From an uncultured Actinomycetes bacterium (GTDB lineage: Bacteria; Actinomycetota; Actinomycetes; S36-B12; CAIYMF01), in assembly GCA_963843975.1 (NCBI GenBank), contig CAWJMG010000003.1, positions 1,860,001 to 1,892,000 of the forward strand: a DNA stretch of 32,000 bases, given 5' to 3'. Shown in pieces: positions 8,826 through 17,349 of this stretch (within the stretch, counting starts at the first letter, position 1; the number at the start of each line of letters is the position of its first letter). Under the pieces are notes generated by a model. That model saw only the letters and a program-made list of their open reading frames with translations, did no database searches and was not told where the DNA came from. The translations under genes and the position numbers were made by a program.

Positions 8826-8998
8826 GCTCCCCGCTGGCACGGAACGAGAGCAGCCGGACACCTGCGGACAACCGGTCGGGCATCGACACCGAACCGTTGC
8901 CTCAACACCTCGATGTTGGCGACGTGTGCTGCACACCTCCAGATGAGAGCACTCACCAGATCCCGCCCTGGGACACCACCGAAACGGAGCACCCGACC

Positions 8999-9220
8999 AT
9001 GACCCGAGACGAGCTCGCCACCCTCCCCGCCCTCCTCGACGTCCCCACCGCCGCCAAAGTCCTCGGCATCGGCCGATCCCTCGCCTACGACCTCATCCGC
9101 CGCGGTGAATGGCCCACCACCGTCCTGCACATCGGGAAGCTCATCAAGATCCCGACGGCCCCGTTGTTGGTTCTCATCAGCCAGCCGACTGCAGACCTCG
9201 CAGTCTCCGATCGTGGCTGA
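8999..9220 (+). CDS. helix-turn-helix DNA-binding protein, excisionase (Xis/MerR-like HTH_17) type
   Basis: MTRDELATLPALLDVPTAAKVLGIGRSLAYDLIRRGEWPTTVLHIGKLIKIPTAPLL is the typical short excisionase-family HTH. The ATG at 8999 is preferred over the track start at 8897. A 7-bp hairpin (9217-9236) spans the stop codon. Confidence 0.7.
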   Translation: MTRDELATLPALLDVPTAAKVLGIGRSLAYDLIRRGEWPTTVLHIGKLIKIPTAPLLVLISQPTADLAVSDRG

Positions 9221-9809
9221 ACCTGCTCGGGTTCAGATCGGCGTAACCGGAACAGGCGTTCCGGGTGGCGACTCAGCCCGCTCCCACGTCGTGAGCTCGC
9301 AAGTCAGAGTCGCCGACGACTACCGCCCTCGCCAGCTGGTCGATGTGAGGGGCTCCGATCGAGCGGTGATCGTCCTCCGTCGGAGGGCAAGTGCGCGATG
9401 TTCCCCCAACTCGGGGGGGCGGCACCCCGGGCGTTCCTGGCCCTCACCGAGCATGTCGACGTGCCAGAACTGGCGAAGACCTCCCCGGTGGCATGCGCCC
9501 GGTGCACCGTCCGGACAGTCCTGAGACGTCCGAAACGCTAGGCCGGTTGTCTAGGCTCGTGAGGGCAGGTCGGAACCGGATTCTGTCCACTGATCGAATC
9601 CGTCGGTCGGTCAGGCGTGTTGAAGGCCGGCCCGCGCCCAGGCTCGTCCTGCGGCGGTCGGCGACTCCGTGCGATGGAGGCGGCGAGTGAAAACAAGGGC
9701 GTTCATGTTGCTGAGCACGTTCAGAGCCTCCGAGGTGAACTGGCGGAGCCCCTGGGTTGGAACACGGTTGCCGTCGACGTGCCATCCGTACGCGATGAGG
9801 CGTCGGCGG

Positions 9810-10226
9810 TCAGCGCGAGGCGTCTCCGACTGTCACGACCGTCAACGCCTCGATGCCGGCGAAGTCGTCCGGGTTGCGGGTGTAGAGCGGAAACCCGTGG
9901 GCCACGGCGGTTGCGGCGATGAGGGCGTCATAGGCACGTGCGCTGGTCTTGCGTCCCGACGCGCGCAGGTGCGCGGCGACGCGACCGAACGCGCGCGCGG
10001 CGGCAGCGTCGAACGGGATCGGGTCGAAGTCGGCCTCCACTTGCTGGAGCACGCTCTGCCGAGCGATTCGGTCTGCGTCGTTCCTGGCCACCAGCGGGCC
10101 GACGGACAGTTCGGCGAGGGTGATCGCGGGGACGAAGCATCGCGAGGGGAGATCGGCCGAGTCTGTGATCCCTCCCAGGCTGATCACGACGCTGGTGTCG
10201 AGCAGGCCGACCTCGTGCTCGCTCAC
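9810..10226 (-). CDS. vapC: PIN-domain ribonuclease toxin VapC
   Basis: 138 aa. The PIN acidic residues sit in the expected contexts (LLDTSVV, TLAELSVG, YDALIAATA, NPDDF). The GTG start overlaps the vapB stop (GTGA). Confidence 0.85.
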   Translation of the reverse strand: MSEHEVGLLDTSVVISLGGITDSADLPSRCFVPAITLAELSVGPLVARNDADRIARQSVLQQVEADFDPIPFDAAAARAFGRVAAHLRASGRKTSARAYDALIAATAVAHGFPLYTRNPDDFAGIEALTVVTVGDASR

Positions 10227-10459
10227 AGTGCCGGATCCAGCACCGCGTCGATGTCAGCCCTCAGAGCCTCGAGATCGAGCACGGGGATCGTGGCCCAGCG
10301 GTCGATGACCACTGTCGACGGCGTACCGGACGCGGCCACCGGGCGCAGCTCCGCAACAGGCTTGCCGGCTCGGGTCACCGTCACCCGCTCCCCGCGTAGC
10401 ACGGAGTCGAGGACGTCACCGCCATGGTTTCGCAGGTCGCGAACACTCACTTCGGTCAT
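10223..10459 (-). CDS. vapB: Phd/YefM-type antitoxin (VapB)
   Basis: 78 aa. MTEVSVRDLRNHGGDVLDSVLRGERVTVTRAGKPVAEL is the typical Phd/YefM N-terminus. It lies immediately upstream of vapC and overlaps it. Confidence 0.8.
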   Translation of the reverse strand: MTEVSVRDLRNHGGDVLDSVLRGERVTVTRAGKPVAELRPVAASGTPSTVVIDRWATIPVLDLEALRADIDAVLDPAL

Positions 10460-10805
10460 GCTCGAAGTGTCTCACGCGTGAAACATCAGGTCAACGATGT
10501 CGGCAACTGCCGAGTTTTCCTCGCACGGACCGACCCTGCTCGTCGCGGACGTTCCCTGCGCGCGGAATTCCCGACCGCCGCCGTCGGCATTCCGCTATAC
10601 CGCCGTGACTGTCGAGGATTACCGAACCCAGACAACCCGAACTGCGCGTCGGCGTCGACCGCCGCTTGCCGGTCCGTAGGGCCGCAGGCAGAGCCGTTGC
10701 GCACCTGTCCGGCACGGTCGCAGCGGCACTGGCGAGTGTCCTTGCGTGCCAAGTGATCTGTGCTCGTGCCGGAGAATTCTGATGGCAAATCGATGGCAAA
10801 TGATC

Positions 10806-10837
10806 AAGGCCTCCAGCGAGTGATCGCTGGAGGCCTT
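10806..10837 (-). terminator. stem-loop downstream of the tRNA gene (putative intrinsic terminator)
   Basis: Perfect 14-bp stem AAGGCCTCCAGCGA / TCGCTGGAGGCCTT with a 4-nt loop. It lies 20 nt past the tRNA 3' end and is followed on the minus strand by GATCATTTGCC. Confidence 0.5.
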
Positions 10838-10857
10838 GTCCCACATGGGACTTCAAG

Positions 10858-10931
10858 TAGCGGGGGCAGGATTTGAACCTGCGACCTCTGGGTTATGAGC
10901 CCAGCGAGCTACCGAGCTGCTCCACCCCGCG
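10858..10931 (-). tRNA. tRNA-Met (CAU), initiator type (tRNA-fMet); CCA not encoded
   Basis: The reverse complement CGCGGGGTGGAGCAGCTCGGTAGCTCGCTGGGCTCATAACCCAGAGGTCGCAGGTTCAAATCCTGCCCCCGCTA folds as a 74-nt cloverleaf. The anticodon loop is CTCATAA. The anticodon stem has three consecutive G:C pairs next to the loop, and positions 1 and 72 are unpaired (C1/U72); both are initiator hallmarks. It is very similar to the E. coli tRNA-fMet sequence as I remember it. Confidence 0.9.
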
Positions 10932-11020
10932 GTGATCGGGTTGCCCCGACTGCTGTGTGAGTACCTTACGTGGCCCTCCCGGCCTCCTCCAAATCCGTGC
11001 GGGAGGCCGGGGGGCCAGGG

Positions 11021-14008
11021 TCAGGCGGAGGCCCCTGGGCTTGGGGTCGCGGACGGGGTGGGCGTGGTGCTGGGTGCCGGGGTCGCCGGGGTGGCGATGC
11101 CGAGCTCTACCGAGGCTGCGGCGGCGGCGTCGAGGGCGTTGTTGAGCGCCTTCTGGGCCTCGCCGTAGGCGACCCAGTCCTGCACCTTGAGGGCCTCCTG
11201 GCCGGCGAGGTAGGCCTTCTGGGCGTCCGAGATGGCCTGGGCGAGACGCTGCTCCGCAGTGCCCGCGCCGGGGGTGGTCGTCGGGTCGGGCGTGGGCGTG
11301 GGTGTCCCCCCGTTGCCGTTGCCGTTGTCCGGCGGGGTCACGGGGACACCGTCGAACACGTCTGTCAGCGCCTGCGCCAGCGTGTCGCGCATCGCGACCT
11401 TGCTGCCGTAGCCGACGAGCACCTTCTGCAGGAGCGGGAAGCCCTCGCCGGACGTTGCCCGCACGTACACGGGCTCGACGTACAGCACGCCGCCGGCGAC
11501 CGGGAGCGAGAGCAGGTTGCCGAGGTCGACGTCCGAGCCGCCGCGGCGCAGCAGCGAGAGCTGCGAGGCCACCGTGGGATCGGACTCGAAGTTGTTCTGC
11601 ACCTGCTTCGGGCCGGGGATCGTCGTCTGGCTCGGCAGCTGCAGCACACGGATCGTGCCGTAGTCCGGGCCGGGTTCGGAGTTCACGCCCATGAACGCAG
11701 CGAGGGTGTCACGACGCTGCGGCGCGTACGTCGTCGTCAGCGAGAACACCGGCGACGGCGACCCTGGCAGCTGCACCTGCAGGTAGTACGGCGGCTGCGC
11801 GACCGACGTGGTGGTGCGCGTCGGGTCGTTCGGCACGTTCCAGAAGTCCTGGCCGCTGAAGAACACGTCGGGTGCGGTCACGTGGTAGCGCGCGAAGATC
11901 AGGCGCTGCACCTTGAAGATGTCCTCGGGGTAGCGGACGTGGTCGAGCACCGCCTGCGGCATCGCGGCCCGCGGCTGGACGACGTTCGGGAACACCTTCA
12001 TCCACGTCTTGAGCAGCGGGTCGGTGGTGTCCCACTCGTAGAGAGTGACGGTGCCGTCGTACGCGTCGACCGTCGCCTTGACCGCGTTGCGGATGTAGTT
12101 GATCTGCGTGCGCGGCTGGGCGGTGAGGTTGGACGCGCGCTGGGACACGGCGTCGGTCGTCGCGTCGGCCAGCGAGGTGCTCGTCGCGTTCGGGTAGCGG
12201 TCGGTGGTCGTGTACGCGTCGACCATCCAGAGCACACGGCCGTCAGCGACGATCGGGTACGGGTCGCCGTCCACCGTGAGCCACGGCGCGACCTTCTCGA
12301 CGCGGTCGCGCGGGTCGCGCACCTCGAGGATCTTGGACTCGTCGTTGACCAGGTCCGACAGCAGGATGTTGGTGTCCTGGTACTTCGCCGCGAACAGCAC
12401 CTTGTTGAGCGGGTTGCCGATCGGGATGCCGCCCGTGCCGGTGTACGTGTAGACCGCCTGGCCGTCGGGCGCGGTGTCGTCCGGGTAGTCGAGCTCGCGC
12501 GGAGCCGCACCCTCGGGTGCGCCGACGATCGAGTAGTCCGGGGCGTACTCGCCGTAGTAGATGCGCGGTTGCTTGATGTCGAGGTCGCCGCTCGGCGGCA
12601 GATCGCCCTCGAAGAAGTCCGGCTGCCCGCCGGAGGTCGCGGTGTTGTCGTACGCCGCGACCACGCCGAAGCCGTGCGTGTAGAAGACGTGGTTGTTCGC
12701 CCAGTTGCGCTGCGAGTCGGGCAGACCGGCGAGGTAGAGCTCGCGGACGGCCACGATCGCGCCGCGGCGGTCGTTGTTGATGTCGTAGCGGTCGACGTCG
12801 AGCGAGTCGGGGAAGCGGTAGTTCGACCGGATCGCCTGCAGCTTGTTGAACGTCGGCGACACGATCGCCGGGTCGAGCAGGCGGATGTTGTCGATCGTGC
12901 CCTTGCTCGCCTCGATGGCGGCGTCGCTCGGCGAGTCGGTCGCGGCGTACGGCGTCACGACCACCTTGTCGAGCCCGTAGGACGCCCGCGTCGCGTCGAT
13001 GTTGCGCTGGATGTACGGCCGCTCACGGTCGAGCTCGGTCGGCTTCACCTGGAAGTTCTGCACGAACGCCGGGTAGATCGAGCCGATGATGATCGACGAG
13101 CCGAGCAGCAGCACGAAGCCGGTGATCGCGAGGGTGAAGCCGTCGCGGAAGGCGCTCGCGAAGAAGAGCAGCGCGCAGACCACGGAGATGATCGCGAGGA
13201 TCGTGAGGCCCGGCAGCAGCGCGTTGACGTCCTTGTACGTGATGCCCGGTACGAAGTCGTCGGTGGAGAGCGAGAGGTCGTAGCGGTCGAGCCAGTAGCC
13301 GACGCCGCGCAGCAGCACGAAGATGCCGGCGAGGATGGCGAGGTGCACCTGCGCGGCCTTGCTGAAGCGGTCGTCCGCGGGCATGAGGCGCACACCGCTG
13401 TAGAGGTAGTGCACGACCAGCGCGGCCAGGAAGGCCAGGATCACGGCTGCGGTGAGGAACCCGAGCAGGAACCGCAGGAACGGCAGCGTGAAGACGAAGA
13501 ACGAGATGTCGAGCCCGAACTGCGGGTCGACCTGGCCGAACTCGGTCGCGTTGCGCCACTCGAGCCAGGTCTGCCACTCCGCCGAGGCGCTGACGCCCGC
13601 GAGCAGGCCGAGGAAGGCGGGCACCGCGATGAAGAGGAACCGGCGTACCGGGGCGAGGGCCGTGCGGTAGCGCTCGAGGCTCGCCTGCTCCGGCGACATG
13701 GTCGGGAAGATCGGGCGGAAGCGGTAGGCCAGCCACATGTTGAGGCCGACGATCCCGGCCATGAGCATGCCGAAGACGATCAGCAGCCCGACGCGGGTGG
13801 TGAGCGTGGTCGAGAAGACGCTCTGGGCGTCGACGGACTGGTACCAGAGCAGGTCCGTCCAGAAGCCTGTCGCGATCACGAAGACCAGGAGCAGCACGCC
13901 CAGGATCACGAGGGTGGTGATCAGGGTGCGGCTGCGACGGCCGGCCGGCTCGGCGACGACGAGGCGGGGTCCGCGGCCGCCGTCGCTGGGGGGATTCTCG
14001 AAGCTCAC
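11021..14008 (-). CDS. UPF0182-family large integral membrane protein
   Basis: N-terminal TM bundle (RRSRTLITTLVILGVLLLVF..., WTDLLWYQSVD...) followed by a large extracytoplasmic region. The tail is Pro/Thr-rich. The GTG at 14008 is preferred; the track start at 14101 would add 31 aa and overlap the neighbouring promoter region. Confidence 0.85.
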   Translation of the reverse strand: MSFENPPSDGGRGPRLVVAEPAGRRSRTLITTLVILGVLLLVFVIATGFWTDLLWYQSVDAQSVFSTTLTTRVGLLIVFGMLMAGIVGLNMWLAYRFRPIFPTMSPEQASLERYRTALAPVRRFLFIAVPAFLGLLAGVSASAEWQTWLEWRNATEFGQVDPQFGLDISFFVFTLPFLRFLLGFLTAAVILAFLAALVVHYLYSGVRLMPADDRFSKAAQVHLAILAGIFVLLRGVGYWLDRYDLSLSTDDFVPGITYKDVNALLPGLTILAIISVVCALLFFASAFRDGFTLAITGFVLLLGSSIIIGSIYPAFVQNFQVKPTELDRERPYIQRNIDATRASYGLDKVVVTPYAATDSPSDAAIEASKGTIDNIRLLDPAIVSPTFNKLQAIRSNYRFPDSLDVDRYDINNDRRGAIVAVRELYLAGLPDSQRNWANNHVFYTHGFGVVAAYDNTATSGGQPDFFEGDLPPSGDLDIKQPRIYYGEYAPDYSIVGAPEGAAPRELDYPDDTAPDGQAVYTYTGTGGIPIGNPLNKVLFAAKYQDTNILLSDLVNDESKILEVRDPRDRVEKVAPWLTVDGDPYPIVADGRVLWMVDAYTTTDRYPNATSTSLADATTDAVSQRASNLTAQPRTQINYIRNAVKATVDAYDGTVTLYEWDTTDPLLKTWMKVFPNVVQPRAAMPQAVLDHVRYPEDIFKVQRLIFARYHVTAPDVFFSGQDFWNVPNDPTRTTTSVAQPPYYLQVQLPGSPSPVFSLTTTYAPQRRDTLAAFMGVNSEPGPDYGTIRVLQLPSQTTIPGPKQVQNNFESDPTVASQLSLLRRGGSDVDLGNLLSLPVAGGVLYVEPVYVRATSGEGFPLLQKVLVGYGSKVAMRDTLAQALTDVFDGVPVTPPDNGNGNGGTPTPTPDPTTTPGAGTAEQRLAQAISDAQKAYLAGQEALKVQDWVAYGEAQKALNNALDAAAAASVELGIATPATPAPSTTPTPSATPSPGASA

Positions 14009-14121
14009 GAGTCGCACCCTACGTGGCGGCTCATCACGTGGCCTTCCTAGAGGGTCCGCGGCGGAGCACCGCTGACGGACCGGAGTGGGTCGGATCTGCA
14101 CGAGGGGGGCAGAATCGCGGT

Positions 14122-14733
14122 GTGACGAGCGACGGCCTCTCCCCTGCCCCGGACGACGATCAGACGACCCTCTCCGTTCCCGGGGTCCCCGAGGACGCCG
14201 AGGCGCTGGCCGTCGCGGCCGCGGCGATGCGGCTCGTCGAGCTCGTCCGCGAGATCGAGAAGCACGTGTCGGACCTCGGGTGGGACCAGAACCCGCGCAT
14301 CTTCGCCCTCGCCCGCACGGTCGAGCTCGTCGCCCTCGAGCCCGCCCTGGCGACCGCGCTCGGCGCTGCCGCGCAGGACCCGGCGTCCCTGACCCCGATC
14401 GAGCAGGACCACCTCGACCACAGCAAGCCGCTCGACGAGGTGCTGGCGACCACGGCCTGGCCGGACGAGGTCCAGGGCGCCGCGCTCGTCCTCGAGCGCG
14501 TGATGCTGCCGCCGTCGGCCGAGGAGTCGCTGCCGGAGGACCAGTCCGAGCTCGCCTCGGTCGCGGCCGCGCACCCGGAGCGGCAGGACGTGCGCATGGC
14601 CGTGGTCGTCACCCGCGACGGACGCCGCATGTGCGCCCTGCGCCTGCGCTCGCACGACAGCGACGACCAGGTGCTGGTCGGGGAGAACCTCGTCCCGCGC
14701 CTCGCGGACGCCGTCCACGCCACCCTGCGCTGA
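14122..14733 (+). CDS. conserved actinobacterial hypothetical protein (PPA1309-family-like, from memory)
   Basis: ...VELVREIEKHVSDLGWDQNPRIFALARTVELVALEPALA... is an acidic cytoplasmic protein. It is divergent from the UPF0182 gene, as in other actinobacteria. The GTG at 14122 is preferred over 14023. Confidence 0.55.
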   Translation: MTSDGLSPAPDDDQTTLSVPGVPEDAEALAVAAAAMRLVELVREIEKHVSDLGWDQNPRIFALARTVELVALEPALATALGAAAQDPASLTPIEQDHLDHSKPLDEVLATTAWPDEVQGAALVLERVMLPPSAEESLPEDQSELASVAAAHPERQDVRMAVVVTRDGRRMCALRLRSHDSDDQVLVGENLVPRLADAVHATLR

Positions 14734-14753
14734 AGCCCTCGAGCAGCGGCTGA

Positions 14754-15819
14754 TCAGCCGGTGCAGGGTGTCAGGGGCTTGCCCTCGCGGTAGGCGTCGA
14801 TCTCGGCCACGGCGTCGTCGAGGGTGCCGACCTTCGCGATCGTGAGGCCGCTCGGGACGCCCGACTGCACCGCCTCCGCGCAGTTCTCGGCCGGCACCAG
14901 GAAGAGCGTGGCGCCGTTGCCTCGCGCGCCGGCCAGCTTCTGCGCGATGCCGCCGATCGGGCCGACGGTGCCGTCCGGCTCGATCGTGCCGGTGCCGGCG
15001 ACGAACCGGCCGTCCACGAGCGACCCGGGCGTGAGGAGGTCGACGATCCCCAGGCTCATCATGAGCCCCGCGCTGGGGCCGCCCACGCTCTCGAGCGTGA
15101 CGTCGACGTCGAAGTCCGACTGGTAGGTGATGCCGATCGAGATGCCGAGGAAGGCGCGCGAGGAGTCCTCGGGGTTGGTCGTCGTGACGATGTCGACGGT
15201 GACCGGCTTGTCGTCGTCGCCGCGCCTGACCGACACGGGCACGGTGTCGCCCGGCTTCACACCGGTCATCGCGGCGGTGACGTCGGAGGGCTCGGAGACC
15301 TTCTCGCCGCGCACCGACAGGATCTCGTCGCCGGGCTCGAGCTTGCCGTCGCTGGGCGAGCCGGTGATGACGGAGGACACGATCGTGACCTCGCGCACCG
15401 GCCGGTCGAGATGACCTGCGGCGGCAGCGATCGCGGTGGCCGTGCTGTCGGAGAACGCGCGCGCGTTCTCGGCCGACACGTCGACGTCGCCGAGATCGTC
15501 CGGGTAGAAGACCTCGCGCGGCAGCACCTTGGTGTTGGGCTGCGCCCATCCGGTGAGCAGCCGCACGGTGAGCACGCCGGTCTCGGGGCCGCCGCGCTCG
15601 CTCACCGTCGTGAGGTCGAGGTGCCCGCTCGTGGGATAGGTCCTCGTGCCGGTGATCTGGATGAGCGGCTTGCCGTCGACCTCGCCGATCGTGTTGTACG
15701 TAGGGCCGGGCGCGAAGCTCGAGGAAGGGCAGCGGGACGAACGCGACGACGAGGGCGAGCGCGATCCCGACGACCACGGCCGCCGTCCGCCACGCCGTGA
15801 GCCGGCGGGCGAGGCTCAC
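14754..15819 (-). pseudogene. PDZ + Lon-like S16 peptidase (YlbL/Rv3194c-type) with a 1-nt frame break near codon 35
   Basis: GTG 15819 gives the signal anchor VSLARRLTAWRTAAVVVGIALALVVAFVPLPF in one frame. The conserved continuation APGPTYNTIGEVDGKPLIQITGTRTYPTSGHLDLTTVSERGGP..., the PDZ domain (GDEILSVRGEKV) and the Lon C-terminal domain (VGGPSAGLMMSLGIVD, GGIAQKLAGA) lie in a different frame that has no start codon until 15605. The break maps to about 15714-15723. Confidence 0.75.
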
Positions 15820-16049
15820 CGGCCGGTGCCGTCCGCGGCCGGGGGCACGTCGTCGGCGAGGGTCGCCCCGGCACCGGTCTCGCGCCGCAGCGGAGGCATC
15901 GGCTTCTCCATCGCCTGGCGGAAGCGGGCGAGGTCGTCCATCCCCTGCTGGGGGTCGACGGGCTTCGGCTCGCGGCTGCGCCAGATCATCCAGACGACGC
16001 CGACCAGCAGACCCACCAGCGGGATCAGCAGCCAGCCGAGGACCTCCAT
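15816..16049 (-). CDS. small membrane protein (77 aa)
   Basis: N-terminal TM helix VLGWLLIPLVGLLVGVVWMIW. The stop overlaps the GTG of the downstream PDZ/Lon-like gene (GTGA). I recognise no family. Confidence 0.5.
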   Translation of the reverse strand: MEVLGWLLIPLVGLLVGVVWMIWRSREPKPVDPQQGMDDLARFRQAMEKPMPPLRRETGAGATLADDVPPAADGTGR

Positions 16050-16137
16050 GCGAGCACCCTACGTGCCACCGGGGACTGCCCGCGTGGGGCTCCACCCGAC
16101 CGGACCCTGGACGGCTCCGCGCACTGGACCGGGCGGG

Positions 16138-17295
16138 TCAGCGGCCGCGGGCGCGGCGGGCGGCCCGCACGAAGGCGGCGGCGCCGAGGACGGCCACCGT
16201 GGCGCCCGCCGCGGACGCTCCCGCCACGGCGGCGTCACGCTTGCCGATGCGGCGTCCGGCGATGGCGGTGTCGCCCCGCACCTCGGCGAGCACGGCCTCG
16301 AGGTTGGCCTCGTTCGTGTGCGCCGGCCGCCAGCCGAGGCCGCGCAGCGTGGCGCTCGAGACCACGAGCGGGTGCATGGCGTACGCGAGCTCGCTCGCAG
16401 GCGCGGGCGTGACGCCCACGCGGTGCAGCCGCTCCGCCGTCGCGAGCGCGAGCGCGGCCGGCACCTCGACGCGCTTCATGCCCGAGATCTCCTCGATGCG
16501 CCGCTGGTCGAGATAGCCGTCGCTGCCGGCCGTGAGCTGCTCCGGCACGTCCGCGGTGGCGGCGACCACGAGGGCCGAGGCGAGGTCCTCGACGTGGCAG
16601 AACTGCCACGCAGGCGACGTGTCCTTGATCGACAGCAGGCGGGGAGCCGAGAAGTGCCGCGTGACGAGCGTGTCGACGCCGGGCCCGACGAGCGCGGCCG
16701 GCCGTACGACGACCACCTCGAGCCCGGGGTGCACCCGTCGGGCGTCGACCGCGACCCGCTCCATCTCGATGAGGTCGGCCACGATCCCCTCGGGCACCGC
16801 GAGCAGCGGCGCGTCCTCGGGCAGCGGCACCTGGTTGTCGGGCAGGGCGCCGTACACCGACGCGCTCGTCACGATCACGACGCGCTTCACGCCCGAGGCC
16901 GCAGCAGCGGTGACGACGGTCTGGGTGCCGCGCACGTTGAGCGCCGAACGGGTGGCGGGGACGGCGTCGAGCGACCAGTCGACGGCCAGGTGGATCACGG
17001 TGTCCATGCCGGTGAGCCGCTGGGCGAGGACCGGGTCGCGCACGTCGCCCACGCGCCAGGTGACGCCCTCGGTCGCACCTCGGCGGACGTCGTACGCGAG
17101 GACCTTGCCGACGGCGGGCGAGTCGACCAGCGCCCGCAGCAGCACGCTGCCGATCGCGCCGGCGGCACCTGTGACGGCGACCGCACGACCTGACTTGCGC
17201 GAGCGGGAACTCTTGGCGCCGTTCGCCGCAGGCGTAGGGCGAGACGGCTCTGCAGCAGTCACCGGTCTCCCCCTCGTGGTTACCGTGGTCGGCAT
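16138..17295 (-). CDS. NAD-dependent epimerase/dehydratase (SDR) family protein with C-terminal hydrophobic tail
   Basis: Rossmann motif AVAVTGAAGAIGSVLL, followed by VIVTSASVYG and the rest of an extended-SDR body. The ATG at 17295 is preferred. The 813-aa track ORF is an upstream run-on across the divergent gene. Confidence 0.8.
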   Translation of the reverse strand: MPTTVTTRGRPVTAAEPSRPTPAANGAKSSRSRKSGRAVAVTGAAGAIGSVLLRALVDSPAVGKVLAYDVRRGATEGVTWRVGDVRDPVLAQRLTGMDTVIHLAVDWSLDAVPATRSALNVRGTQTVVTAAAASGVKRVVIVTSASVYGALPDNQVPLPEDAPLLAVPEGIVADLIEMERVAVDARRVHPGLEVVVVRPAALVGPGVDTLVTRHFSAPRLLSIKDTSPAWQFCHVEDLASALVVAATADVPEQLTAGSDGYLDQRRIEEISGMKRVEVPAALALATAERLHRVGVTPAPASELAYAMHPLVVSSATLRGLGWRPAHTNEANLEAVLAEVRGDTAIAGRRIGKRDAAVAGASAAGATVAVLGAAAFVRAARRARGR

Positions 17296-17349
17296 GAACG
17301 ACTCGCCGACCCCCATCCTGCCCCAGCGCGTCCCGGCAGGTGCAGTCCG

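Noticed and set aside
9217-9240. CTGAACCTGCTCGGGTTCAG shares TGAACCTGC...GGGTT with the tRNA-fMet gene (10877-10897); possible internal att remnant.
   Set aside because: The match covers only the T-arm/variable region, not the tRNA 3' end that an att core would include. The upstream bases do not align. The sequence is itself a 7-bp hairpin spanning the xis-like stop codon, so it is more simply a weak terminator.
10782-10803. Direct repeat GATGGCAAAT x2 next to the tRNA terminator.
   Set aside because: It is only two 10-bp copies, with no further copies or associated ORF. It is too small to interpret.
10970-14050. A 1026-aa plus-strand ORF mirroring the 1026-aa minus-strand UPF0182 gene.
   Set aside because: Its product is an Arg/Gly/Asp/Val-rich low-complexity string with no domains. 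The minus-strand product has clear TM helices and the UPF0182 pattern. Long stop-free antisense frames are expected at this GC content.
14047-16095. A 682-aa minus-strand ORF spanning the PPA1309-like gene, the PDZ/Lon gene and the small membrane protein gene.
   Set aside because: It is a mosaic. Only its short stretch at 15724-15819 (VSLARRLTAWRTAAVVVGIALALVVAFVPLPF) is meaningful, being the N-terminal anchor of the frameshifted protease. The rest is off-frame or antisense Arg-rich sequence.
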